DNA from: Archangium sp.
Lineage (GTDB): Bacteria; Myxococcota; Myxococcia; Myxococcales; Myxococcaceae
Reading direction: 5' to 3'
DNA length: 64,000 nucleotides
Assembly (NCBI GenBank): GCA_031367385.1
Contig: JANLPS010000027.1
Coordinates: 31,650-95,649, forward strand
A program made the translations under genes and the position numbers. Positions within the stretch are counted from its first letter, which is position 1. Each line of letters opens with the position of its first letter. Under the pieces are notes generated by a model that searched no databases, was not told the origin of the DNA, and saw only the letters and a list, made by a program, of their open reading frames with translations. Shown piece after piece: positions 47,447-57,770 of the stretch.

Positions 47447-47716
47447 TCATGGCCCGCCGGCATCGGCGGTGAGACAGGCACAGCCACCATCGCGCACTCC
47501 GGCCAGGCCGCACTCGCACGCCTGGCCGCTCGGGCACGACGTGTTGCTGGCCGAGCACGAGGCCCTGCAGGCGCCGAAGCAGGTGCTGCGCGCGCTGCAG
47601 CTCTCGGTGATGAAGCACAGCGTCTGCGAGCACTCAGCGTTCTGCTGACACGGAGCGTTCTCACCCTGCAGGCAGGCGGCGAGCACGAAGAGCAAGACGG
47701 CTCCGAGGCGTTTCAC
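47447..47716 (-). CDS. Small Cys-rich lipoprotein
   Basis: Lipobox LAAC; 89 aa with 12 further Cys; ends DGG...ADAGGP. Confidence 0.75.
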   Translation of the reverse strand: MKRLGAVLLFVLAACLQGENAPCQQNAECSQTLCFITESCSARSTCFGACRASCSASNTSCPSGQACECGLAGVRDGGCACLTADAGGP

Positions 47717-47788
47717 AGCGCTCAGAGCTAACACGCTTGCGGTACGCGAATCTTGATTCTGCGCGGCCATGCACGTAACTCGTCATCG

Positions 47789-48556
47789 GTGTTTCGTCTC
47801 GCGTCGCTGCTGCTCATCGTTTCACTGCCCGCCTGGGCCCAGCGCGCCTTCCCCTTCACGTGGGATTCGCAGACCCTCGCTCCGGGCACCCATGAGTTTC
47901 AGTCGTGGGTCACCGCGCGCTACGGGCGGCAAGACATCGGGTACACCGAATTCGATCTGCGCCTGCAGGCGATGCAAGCGGTGACCGGCAGGGTCGACAC
48001 GATGTTCGGCCTCGACGTCGACCTCTCGTCATTCGGTCTCGACTCGAGGGCGGTCGAGGCTCGGGTCTCGAGCACCTGGCGATACTCGCTGCTGCGGTCG
48101 ACCGAGGCGGTGGGCCTCGCGGTGGTGAGCCGCATCGGCCTGGGCCTCGACCACGGCGAGCTCGAGGTGCGCCTGGTGCTCGACAAGCAGCTCGGCCGGC
48201 TGTGGCTCGGGCTCAACGCGTCGGCGACGCGCTCGCAGTTCTGGTCGGGCAGAACCGGCATCGATACCCGCTTCGAGCAGAGCTTCGGCGCTCGCTACCA
48301 GGTGCAGGAGTCGTTCTCGGCAGGCGTCGAGGTGCGCGCTCGTGAGGCGCTCCAGCGTTCGACATACCAAGGCACCGCCTACTCAGGAGGCCCGGTGTTC
48401 ACCTGGGCCGCGAAGCGGTGGTGGGTGGCGTTCGGGTTTCTGGTGCAGGCCGGCGCCGACAAGGCCCGCGACGACCGCGGCAACGGCGAGCCGCTCGAGG
48501 TGCGAGACAACGAACGCTTCGTGGGCCGCCTGATTCTCGGCGTGAAGACCGACTAA
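47789..48556 (+). CDS. Exported probable beta-barrel protein
   Basis: Signal AWA-QRAFPFTW; alternating beta-strand pattern throughout. Confidence 0.65.
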   Translation: MFRLASLLLIVSLPAWAQRAFPFTWDSQTLAPGTHEFQSWVTARYGRQDIGYTEFDLRLQAMQAVTGRVDTMFGLDVDLSSFGLDSRAVEARVSSTWRYSLLRSTEAVGLAVVSRIGLGLDHGELEVRLVLDKQLGRLWLGLNASATRSQFWSGRTGIDTRFEQSFGARYQVQESFSAGVEVRAREALQRSTYQGTAYSGGPVFTWAAKRWWVAFGFLVQAGADKARDDRGNGEPLEVRDNERFVGRLILGVKTD

Positions 48557-49596
48557 CATTCGTTGTTTCGCAGCGCCGCCTTGCGCGTTGCCATCGTCAA
48601 GAACGACCGGGTGATTCGCGTCTCGGCCTCGCGGCCCATCTTCACCCGGGGGTCAGCGCTGGTGGGCAACAGCGTGGTCACCAGCGACATCAATCCATTC
48701 ATCACATTGGGGAACAGGCCGCTCGCGACCGCCATGATCTTCGCTGGCAACCCGAGCACCACGTAGGGCGTGCCGTACTCAATCGCCGCGACGACCCGCT
48801 TCGCCGCCCGCGTCGACGACATCGAAATGACCGGCAGCGAGTCGCTGATGGTGAACCACGCGTATTCTTTTTGATGGTCGCCCTTGAGCATCACGTGCCC
48901 AGTGCTGCCGGTGCGCATCAACCCCGGCACGATGGTCGAGACCGCGATGTGATCTCTCGCCAGCTCGGCGTGCATGCCCTGCGACAACCCCATCAACGCG
49001 AACTTGCTCGTGCTGTAGGGCATCAAGTGCGGCACTGCGATGACCCCACCCACCGAGGCAATGTTGGCGATTCGCCCCCCGCCTCGCCGCCGCATGTCAT
49101 CGCGCACCCCGAGCATGGTGCGCAGCGGCGCGTAGCAGTGCAGCTTCATCTCGTCTTCGAAGTCTTCGGGCTTGAGCGCGTCGAGAGGGCCCACCTGAAT
49201 TACGCCCGCGTTGTTGACCAGCACGTCGATGGGGCCGAGCTTGAGGCGCACCGTGTTCAGCATCTCGTCGATGTCGCCCGCTTCGGTCAGGTCGCAGACC
49301 ACCCCGACGACCCGGTTCTTTCGCGTCGCGCGAGGCCTCAGGTCGGCCAGGGCATGCTCAATCTCGAGCGGGTCGCGCGCGACGATGGCCACGCTGCAGC
49401 CCTTCTCGACCAGCACCCGGCTGATCTCCAGCCCCAGCCCGCGCGAGCCCCCGGTCACCAGCGCGTTGCGGTGCACCAGGTTGTACCGATGCAACCGGCG
49501 AAAGAGCTTCACGCCCGCGAACGCCCCCGCTGCCACCGCTGCCGGTACGGTCAGCTTGCTGCGACGCCAGTCGCGAAAAAAGGTCGTGCTGAGCAT
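48553..49596 (-). CDS. SDR-family oxidoreductase
   Basis: TGGSRGLG, NNAG, YSTSK, PGLMRTGS. Confidence 0.92.
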   Translation of the reverse strand: MLSTTFFRDWRRSKLTVPAAVAAGAFAGVKLFRRLHRYNLVHRNALVTGGSRGLGLEISRVLVEKGCSVAIVARDPLEIEHALADLRPRATRKNRVVGVVCDLTEAGDIDEMLNTVRLKLGPIDVLVNNAGVIQVGPLDALKPEDFEDEMKLHCYAPLRTMLGVRDDMRRRGGGRIANIASVGGVIAVPHLMPYSTSKFALMGLSQGMHAELARDHIAVSTIVPGLMRTGSTGHVMLKGDHQKEYAWFTISDSLPVISMSSTRAAKRVVAAIEYGTPYVVLGLPAKIMAVASGLFPNVMNGLMSLVTTLLPTSADPRVKMGREAETRITRSFLTMATRKAALRNNEC

Positions 49597-49794
49597 GAGA
49601 CGGGTCTCCTGCTCCGCCCAAAATGCAAACCCTACGCCTCCTCACAGCCGACCGAGATCATTGAAAGAGTGCCGAAGTTCGCTGTGGCACCCGGGCGCCC
49701 TGAGACACCGTGGCGTGCCGCGACCAGTTTGACTTGCAACCCGCCAACCGCACGCACATTGGAGCCAGCTCACATTTCAAGAGGGAGCACGACC

Positions 49795-50223
49795 ATGGGC
49801 ATCAGCAAAGGCAGCGCGCAGTGGGACGGAGGCCTCAAAGACGGCCGCGGCATGATGAAGCCGGCACACGGCGGCGAGAGTCAATACTCGGCTGGCTCGC
49901 GTTTCGAAGGGCAGCAGGGCAGCAACCCCGAAGAGCTGATCGGCGCGGCGCTGGCCGGCTGCTTCTCAATGGCGCTCACGGTCGGCCTCGAGAAGGCGGG
50001 CTGCAAACCCCAGAGCGTCAAGACCTCGGCCGACGTGAAGCTCGAACGCCAGGGCGACGGGTTCGCCATCACCGGCATCGCGCTCACCACCACCGCGGCG
50101 GTCTCGGGCATCGACGCTCAAAAGTTTCAAACCCTGGCCGAAGAGACCAAGAAGGGCTGCCCGGTGTCGAAGGCCCTCGCCGGCACCACCATCACCTTGA
50201 ACGCCTCGCTGGCGAGCTCGTAA
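49795..50223 (+). CDS. osmC: OsmC-family peroxiredoxin
   Basis: NPEELIGAALAGCFSMAL and KKGCPVSKAL; GGGAG RBS. Confidence 0.93.
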   Translation: MGISKGSAQWDGGLKDGRGMMKPAHGGESQYSAGSRFEGQQGSNPEELIGAALAGCFSMALTVGLEKAGCKPQSVKTSADVKLERQGDGFAITGIALTTTAAVSGIDAQKFQTLAEETKKGCPVSKALAGTTITLNASLASS

Positions 50224-50298
50224 CCTGTCGGTCGGTCGAGCGGGCCCCTCGAAAGTGCTCCTCGCCCGAGCCCCTGCACCTGCTACAGTCCCGCGCGC

Positions 50299-52017
<1,719 letters not shown>

Positions 52018-52065
52018 CAAAGTCGTGAAATTTCAGGGGCGTCGGCTAAGAAGACTGTCGACTCC

Positions 52066-53079
52066 ATGACGTTCTCTGCCGTCGCCGTGCTCACCGCTGT
52101 CGTGCTGGTTGCCCCCGCCCCCGCGGTCAAGGCTACGCGCCTCGAGCTGGGGGTGCGCTTCTTCAACCAGGGCGAGTTCGACGTCGCGCTCAAGCACCTC
52201 GACGCCGCCGCGGCCGAGACCACCGACGCTCCCACGCTCGAGAAGATTCATTTGCTGCGCGCCCAGGTGTTCGCCGCCCGGCAAGACTTCGCCCGGGCCG
52301 AAGAGGCCTTTGCGCTCGCCCTCGAGGCCAACCCCGATGCCTCGCTCGACCCCGCGCGGGTCGACCCCACGCTGGTGAAGATGCTCGATTCGGTGCGCGG
52401 CCGGTTGACCGGCACCCTGGTGATGGGCAGCTCCCCTTCTGGCGCGGCGATCACCCTCGACAACAAGCCGATTGGTGTTGCCCCGCAAACCGTGAGCGTC
52501 GCGGTCGGCAAGCACCACGTCGAGGCCAAGTGGGGGCAGGGCCCCAGCACCGCCAGCGAGGTGCAGATTCGGCCGAAGAAAGAGATGCACCTCGAATGGG
52601 TGCAGGGCGCCGTCGAGCGCGTCAACACGCCTTCGTCTGATCTGCCGCTCGAGCGCCCGCTCAAGCCGTTCGGCGACCTTCGTGGCGTCATCGAGGTGCC
52701 CTCGAACGTGCCCGACGTGACGGGGGCCATCGAGGTCGGCGGCGGGTTCGACTTTTCGTACTTTCGGGTCGGCTTGTGGGCGCGGGTTTTTCCCTTCTTC
52801 GGGGTGGTGCCGCGGTTCGCGTTCGTGCTGCCGATTCTCGACTTCGTGAACGTCTTTCTCGAAGCCCAGGTCCCCTTGTGGATCACTGGGCAACCCGCGA
52901 GCGCGACCGGCGCCGCCACCGTGTCGCTTGGCCTGGGTGGCGCGGGGGGCGCGGAGTATTTTCCCCTCAAGTGGGTCGCCATCTTCGCGCAGATCGGCGG
53001 TCAGCACCTGATCATCACCCGGCGCAACGACCCGACCTCGTTCATCGCCAGCTTCGGAGCGCGGTTGCGGCTGCCGTAG
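52066..53079 (+). CDS. Exported TPR-PEGA protein with beta-barrel-like C-terminus
   Basis: Signal, TPR helices, SSPSGAAITLD...GVAP PEGA motif, C-terminal beta strands. Confidence 0.8.
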   Translation: MTFSAVAVLTAVVLVAPAPAVKATRLELGVRFFNQGEFDVALKHLDAAAAETTDAPTLEKIHLLRAQVFAARQDFARAEEAFALALEANPDASLDPARVDPTLVKMLDSVRGRLTGTLVMGSSPSGAAITLDNKPIGVAPQTVSVAVGKHHVEAKWGQGPSTASEVQIRPKKEMHLEWVQGAVERVNTPSSDLPLERPLKPFGDLRGVIEVPSNVPDVTGAIEVGGGFDFSYFRVGLWARVFPFFGVVPRFAFVLPILDFVNVFLEAQVPLWITGQPASATGAATVSLGLGGAGGAEYFPLKWVAIFAQIGGQHLIITRRNDPTSFIASFGARLRLP

Positions 53080-53090
53080 ACCCCCGGGCC

Positions 53091-53789
53091 TTACTCGAAG
53101 AGAAACCGCAGCTCCTGCATGTGGTTCTCGATGGTCTCGGGCATCGCGTGGGCGAAGGTGTTCAAGCGAATCAACGCGTTGACGTTGGCGTCTTTCGGCG
53201 CCGCCGCGCGCAGCCGGTTCGCGAAGGCCCGGTTCACCACCTCGGCCTCCCGGTAGATGTGAGCCAACCCCTCGAGGCCCCAGTCGGGCGTGCCGCCTTT
53301 TTCGGCCACGAAATACTGGGCCAACAGGTACAGCGACGTGGCGCGGGTAATCGTCTCGAGCTCGGTGGCGAAGGGCAGGTGAAAGCGGGTCTGCGGCCGC
53401 AGCTTCGCCAAGATGGGGCACCCGCTGGTCACCATCAGCAGCCCCAGCAACGGGCTCAGCGCCGCCTGCACCGACATGTCGAGCCGCTCGTAGGTTCTCT
53501 CAGGGGTGGTCACCCGCACCGCCACCCGGTCGAACGAAAAGACGTCGGCGAAGCCCTTCACCACGTCGGCGAGGTTCGACGCCACCGGGCACGCCGAGCC
53601 CGCGGTGTCTTGGAGCGGGCAGTTCGGGCATTTCTGAAACGAGAGCTTGGCCCATTCAGGCACTTCTGCCGGCGCTGCGGCGAGGTTCAACAGGGTCTTC
53701 GGGTCGAGGGTGACGGTGAACGCCACTGGCGCGCCCCCGGGGCGGGTGAATTCGTAGCGAACGACTCGCGGTGGCGGCTGCGCAGACAT
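53091..53789 (-). CDS. Conserved protein, DUF6901-like
   Basis: PEWAKLSFQKCPNCPL...CPVA, SGCP, RFHLPFA, DANVNAL. Confidence 0.75.
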   Translation of the reverse strand: MSAQPPPRVVRYEFTRPGGAPVAFTVTLDPKTLLNLAAAPAEVPEWAKLSFQKCPNCPLQDTAGSACPVASNLADVVKGFADVFSFDRVAVRVTTPERTYERLDMSVQAALSPLLGLLMVTSGCPILAKLRPQTRFHLPFATELETITRATSLYLLAQYFVAEKGGTPDWGLEGLAHIYREAEVVNRAFANRLRAAAPKDANVNALIRLNTFAHAMPETIENHMQELRFLFE

Positions 53790-53804
53790 CGGGCTTCGAA
53801 CAGT

Positions 53805-54323
53805 TTAACCGCGGCCCGCCAGGGTGCAGCGAAAGAGCGGCCGATAGTGCTCGTGGGTGCTCTCATAAAGCGTCACGTGGTCGATGACGAATGGCGGCGA
53901 AGTGAAGCCCCGCAAGGCCGGCTCGAGGCGCTCGAGGCTGCCGCTGGTCTGGGCGCGGGCGAGCGTGACGTGCGGCACGAAGGGGCGATCATCGGCCGGG
54001 TGAAGCGCGCGCTGCAACGCGTGAAGCTGGGGCAGCTGACCGTCGACGCCGAGCCACACCACCGAGGGCGCGCGAGCGGTGGCGAAGAAGCCCACGCCGC
54101 GAAGCGACAGCGTGAAGGGCTGGGCCTCACGGGTGATGGCCTCGACCACCGGGTGCAGGTCGGCAAGCTCGGCGGCCGTCGGGTGCCCCAGAAAGCGCAG
54201 CGTCACGTGCAACTTGTCGGTGCGCAGCCACTTCGCGGTGATCTCGGCGCGGTGGCGTTCGATGCACGCGGCCACCACCGCCCGAACCGGCTCATCGAGG
54301 TCAACGGCGAGAAAGAAGCTCAC
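53805..54323 (-). CDS. thpR: RNA 2',3'-cyclic phosphodiesterase (2H family)
   Basis: Two HxT motifs: LHVTLRFLG and FVPHVTLAR. Confidence 0.92.
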   Translation of the reverse strand: MSFFLAVDLDEPVRAVVAACIERHRAEITAKWLRTDKLHVTLRFLGHPTAAELADLHPVVEAITREAQPFTLSLRGVGFFATARAPSVVWLGVDGQLPQLHALQRALHPADDRPFVPHVTLARAQTSGSLERLEPALRGFTSPPFVIDHVTLYESTHEHYRPLFRCTLAGRG

Positions 54324-55573
54324 GTGCCGCGGGTCTGGCCGTCGCCTTCGAGCACGAACTTCTGTGCGGTCAGCTCTTTGAGGCCCATCGGCCCGAAGGC
54401 GTGCAGCCGCGAGGTGGAGATGCCGACCTCGGCCCCCAGCCCCAGCTCACCGCCGTCATTGAAGCGCGTCGAGGCGTTGACCACCACCGCCGAGGCGCAG
54501 ACCTCCCGGGTGAAGCGCCGGGCGGCATCGCGGGAGCGGGTGACGATGGCCTCGGTGTGCTCGCTGCCGAACTGGGCGATGTGCTCCAAAGCCTGGTCGA
54601 GCCCGTCGACCACCTTCACCGCCAGAATCAGGTCGAGAAATTCTTTGCCGAAGTCGCCGGGCTGGGCAGCCTTCGCTTCGAGCGTGGCGCGTTGAAACAC
54701 CGCCAGGGCGCGAGGGTCTGCGCGCAGCTCGACCTTGGCCATCGCCAGCGCCTTGCCCGCGGCGGGCAGAAACGCGTCGGCCACCGCGGCGTCGACCAGC
54801 AGACACTCGGCGGCGTTGCACACTCCGGGTCGCGAGGCCTTGGCGTTGAGAATGATTCGTTCGGCCATCGCCAGGTCGGCCTCGGCGTGTACGTAGACGT
54901 GACACACCCCCTGGTAGTGCTTCACCACGGGTATGCGCGCGTGTTGCACCACGAAGCGAATCAAAGCCTCGCCTCCGCGGGGTATGCAGAGGTCGATCAA
55001 GCCGTCGAGGGTCAAGAGCTCGAGCATCGACTCGCGGTCGGTGGTGGGGACCAGCTGAATGGCCTCGGCGGGGAGCCCGGCCTGCCGCAGCCCGGCCGCG
55101 AGCGCTTGGGCGATGGCCTGCGACGAGCGAAAGGCCTCGGAGCCGCCGCGCAAGATGCAGGCGTTGCCGCTCTTCAGGCACAGGGCCGCCGCGTCGCTGG
55201 TCACGTTGGGGCGCGACTCGTAGATCATCATCACCACGCCCAGCGGCAGCCGCACCTTGCGCACCTCGAGGCCGTTGGGGCGTCTCCAGGTCTCGGTGAC
55301 TTCTCCGATGGGGTCGTCGAGCAAGACCAACTGCTCTATCGCGCTGGCCATCGCCTCGACCCGCTTCTCATCGAGCAGCAGCCGGTCGATGAACGCGGCG
55401 TTCTTGCCGGCGGCGGTCGCGGCCTCGACGTCGAGCGCGTTGGCGCTTCGAATGGCCGGCGAGTGAGAGCGCACCTGCTGGGCCATCGCGGTCAGCGCCT
55501 GGTTTTTCTGTGCGGTGCTCGCCACGCTCATCGCGCGCGAGGCCCGCTTGGCCGCCTGGGCCAGCGTCTTCAT
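54320..55573 (-). CDS. proA: Gamma-glutamyl phosphate reductase
   Basis: [48 protein letters not shown]. Confidence 0.96.
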   Translation of the reverse strand: MKTLAQAAKRASRAMSVASTAQKNQALTAMAQQVRSHSPAIRSANALDVEAATAAGKNAAFIDRLLLDEKRVEAMASAIEQLVLLDDPIGEVTETWRRPNGLEVRKVRLPLGVVMMIYESRPNVTSDAAALCLKSGNACILRGGSEAFRSSQAIAQALAAGLRQAGLPAEAIQLVPTTDRESMLELLTLDGLIDLCIPRGGEALIRFVVQHARIPVVKHYQGVCHVYVHAEADLAMAERIILNAKASRPGVCNAAECLLVDAAVADAFLPAAGKALAMAKVELRADPRALAVFQRATLEAKAAQPGDFGKEFLDLILAVKVVDGLDQALEHIAQFGSEHTEAIVTRSRDAARRFTREVCASAVVVNASTRFNDGGELGLGAEVGISTSRLHAFGPMGLKELTAQKFVLEGDGQTRGT

Positions 55574-55660
55574 GTCGGTCGTCACTTGCAAGCAAGCAGT
55601 CACAGCACACCTGCCGCGCGCGCGCCAAAAGACTCTGAGCGTGCTACCACCCGTGGCGCC

Positions 55661-55981
55661 ATGAGCGCCGACCGCGAGACGCAGTTCAAAGAGCTGGTGC
55701 GCGAATTTCCCGATTCGCCGATGGGCCACTTTTCACTGGGGCGGTACTACCTCGATGAGAAGCGCTTCGCCGAGAGCGTGGCCTGCTTGAGCGACGCGGT
55801 GAGGCTCGATGGCACCTACGCGGCCGCTCTGGTCGCGCTGGGCGACGCCTACGTTGGCCTGAACCAGCCCGAACAAGCGAAGGCCACCTGGCGCACCGCG
55901 CTCGAGACGCCGCACGGCCAGCGCGATGGCAGTCTGCAGGCCGACCTCGAGCAACGAATTCAAGCCCTCGACGATTTCTAA
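55661..55981 (+). CDS. Small TPR protein
   Basis: 106 aa, [12 protein letters not shown]...[12 protein letters not shown] pattern; C-terminal part of ORF 54401..55981. Confidence 0.8.
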   Translation: MSADRETQFKELVREFPDSPMGHFSLGRYYLDEKRFAESVACLSDAVRLDGTYAAALVALGDAYVGLNQPEQAKATWRTALETPHGQRDGSLQADLEQRIQALDDF

Positions 55982-56025
55982 AGAAGCCCCGCTCGGCAGC
56001 TCGAAGTGAGTATCGTGCGGGCCTG

Positions 56026-56661
56026 ATGGGGTTCTTCGGTCTCTTTGGTGCCCAGCCGCCGTTGATCGACGCAGTGCTCAAGGCCTCAGAAGCCGAGCTT
56101 GCCACGCTGTGTACCGAGCGCCGGGCCGACATCGCAGCCTCGTTCGCCAACTGGCTCAAGGTACCACTCGCAATGCGCAGCGACCCGGCCCAGGTCTCTG
56201 GCTACGTGGGCCGCATGCTGAGGGTCGCTCAGCTCTTCGAGCAGCGGGGCGATTCGTCGCTGATGGCGAAAATGCAGGGCGGCTCAAGCAACCCCATTCC
56301 GAAGTGGCAAAGCGAGCTGCGCGAATGCCGCGCGCTCAACGACCGCGGTGACTACGCCAGTGCCAAGCCCCGGCTCGAAAAGATACGCGCCGAAGCGCGA
56401 GCGTTGCAGGGGTCTGCGGTCGACACGCTGCTGCCATTGATGAACGAATTTCTGGCAGAAGCCGAGTTTCGGTTGGGCGCGCCTGGCGTCGCTGCGGCGT
56501 TGATGGCTGAGGCAGTCACGGGCTTCGAGACAATCAAAGACAGCGAGGGCATCGCGGCGGCGCTCAAGAACCTGATTGAAATCTACCGGGTGCTGGGTGA
56601 CGCGGAGGCGCAGCGTGCCTGCGAAGAGCGACTTTCCTCGGTGGTGGCGCTCAAACACTGA
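56026..56661 (+). CDS. Hypothetical helical/TPR-like protein
   Basis: 211 aa; MGFFGLFG start; TPR-like C-terminal helices. Confidence 0.7.
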   Translation: MGFFGLFGAQPPLIDAVLKASEAELATLCTERRADIAASFANWLKVPLAMRSDPAQVSGYVGRMLRVAQLFEQRGDSSLMAKMQGGSSNPIPKWQSELRECRALNDRGDYASAKPRLEKIRAEARALQGSAVDTLLPLMNEFLAEAEFRLGAPGVAAALMAEAVTGFETIKDSEGIAAALKNLIEIYRVLGDAEAQRACEERLSSVVALKH

Positions 56662-56685
56662 AAAGGGTTCGAAAGGTCTCCTGTT

Positions 56686-57690
56686 TTGACGATGCAAACG
56701 CTTCATCGACACCAATCAGCACGTGGCGCTCGCGTCTTGAGGGCCCTCCGTGCGGCTCCTCTTGCGGCACCGTTGATCCTGGTCTTGTCTGCTTCGGCCA
56801 TGGCAACCACTCCCGATGTGGCGACGCTCAAGGTCGGGCAGACTTCGTCGGTCGGCGGCGTCACGCTGAAGCTCATGCGGGTGGCACCCTACCCGTCAGA
56901 CCCGACACCGGGTCGGGTGAAGGCTGCCGTCACGCTCGAGGTTGGCGGTCAAGATGAAGTCACTGTTGGGGAGTACGCCAGAAACGCAGTGGTGTGGGGC
57001 CAGTCGCTCGTGGCGCTGGCGTCGAGCACGCTCAAGACGGCAATGGTCCGGGTGACTCCGTTTTCATTCACCTGTGACACGAGCGAGTTCGAGCCCCTGG
57101 CCGCGCCTCGGCCCGTCGAGCTCGGCCGCGCCTTCACGGTGAAAGATCTGAAGGTGACGGTGAAGAGCCTCGCGCACGTCAGCGAGTACGGCTCGTATTG
57201 GGTCATGCCCGTCGAGGTCGAGCACCACGGTCAGACGTTCTCGTTCAACCAGGGCTCGTTCAACTACCTCGGGTTCATGTTCTCGCTCGTGCCCAACGGG
57301 CTCGAGGGTGCTCAGCTGGTGGTGCGCCACCTTCGAGCAGGCGAGCCCTTTGTGCTCGGCGAACGAGACTCACTCGAGGTGCAGGTCAACGGTCACCTGG
57401 TCTCGCTCGAGCTGATGAAGGTGACTCAGAACGAGAAGGCACACCGCCTCGAGTATGACTTTCGAATTGGGCCCGACCACCAGACGGTGCAGCTGGTGCT
57501 CCCCTTCGTCGAGCAATTCGAGCAGCCTCCGCCGGGCAAAACCATTGATCGACTCTTCAGCTGGGACTTCGCTGCCGCGAAGGTGCTGACACATGGGCTT
57601 TCGCTCGAGAAGGTGAAGGGGTCTGCCGAACCTGAGGCCCTTCGTCGGGGCCCGTTTCGCCTCACTGTGCCGACCGAAGGTCACCGGTGA
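56686..57690 (+). CDS. Hypothetical exported beta-rich protein
   Basis: Signal-like LILVLSASAMA; repeated small beta-sandwich-like units; start uncertain. Confidence 0.65.
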   Translation: MTMQTLHRHQSARGARVLRALRAAPLAAPLILVLSASAMATTPDVATLKVGQTSSVGGVTLKLMRVAPYPSDPTPGRVKAAVTLEVGGQDEVTVGEYARNAVVWGQSLVALASSTLKTAMVRVTPFSFTCDTSEFEPLAAPRPVELGRAFTVKDLKVTVKSLAHVSEYGSYWVMPVEVEHHGQTFSFNQGSFNYLGFMFSLVPNGLEGAQLVVRHLRAGEPFVLGERDSLEVQVNGHLVSLELMKVTQNEKAHRLEYDFRIGPDHQTVQLVLPFVEQFEQPPPGKTIDRLFSWDFAAAKVLTHGLSLEKVKGSAEPEALRRGPFRLTVPTEGHR

Positions 57691-57770
57691 CGTTGCCAGA
57701 CGGCTCGGGCGCTCTGAATCGCTGAGAGATGATCCTTCCCCAACCGGTGCCGTCGGGACATCATTCTTCG

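Noticed and set aside
48418..50223. Apparent 601-aa fusion ending in OsmC
   Set aside because: The N-terminal part is antisense to the SDR gene; osmC has its own RBS and ATG at 49795.
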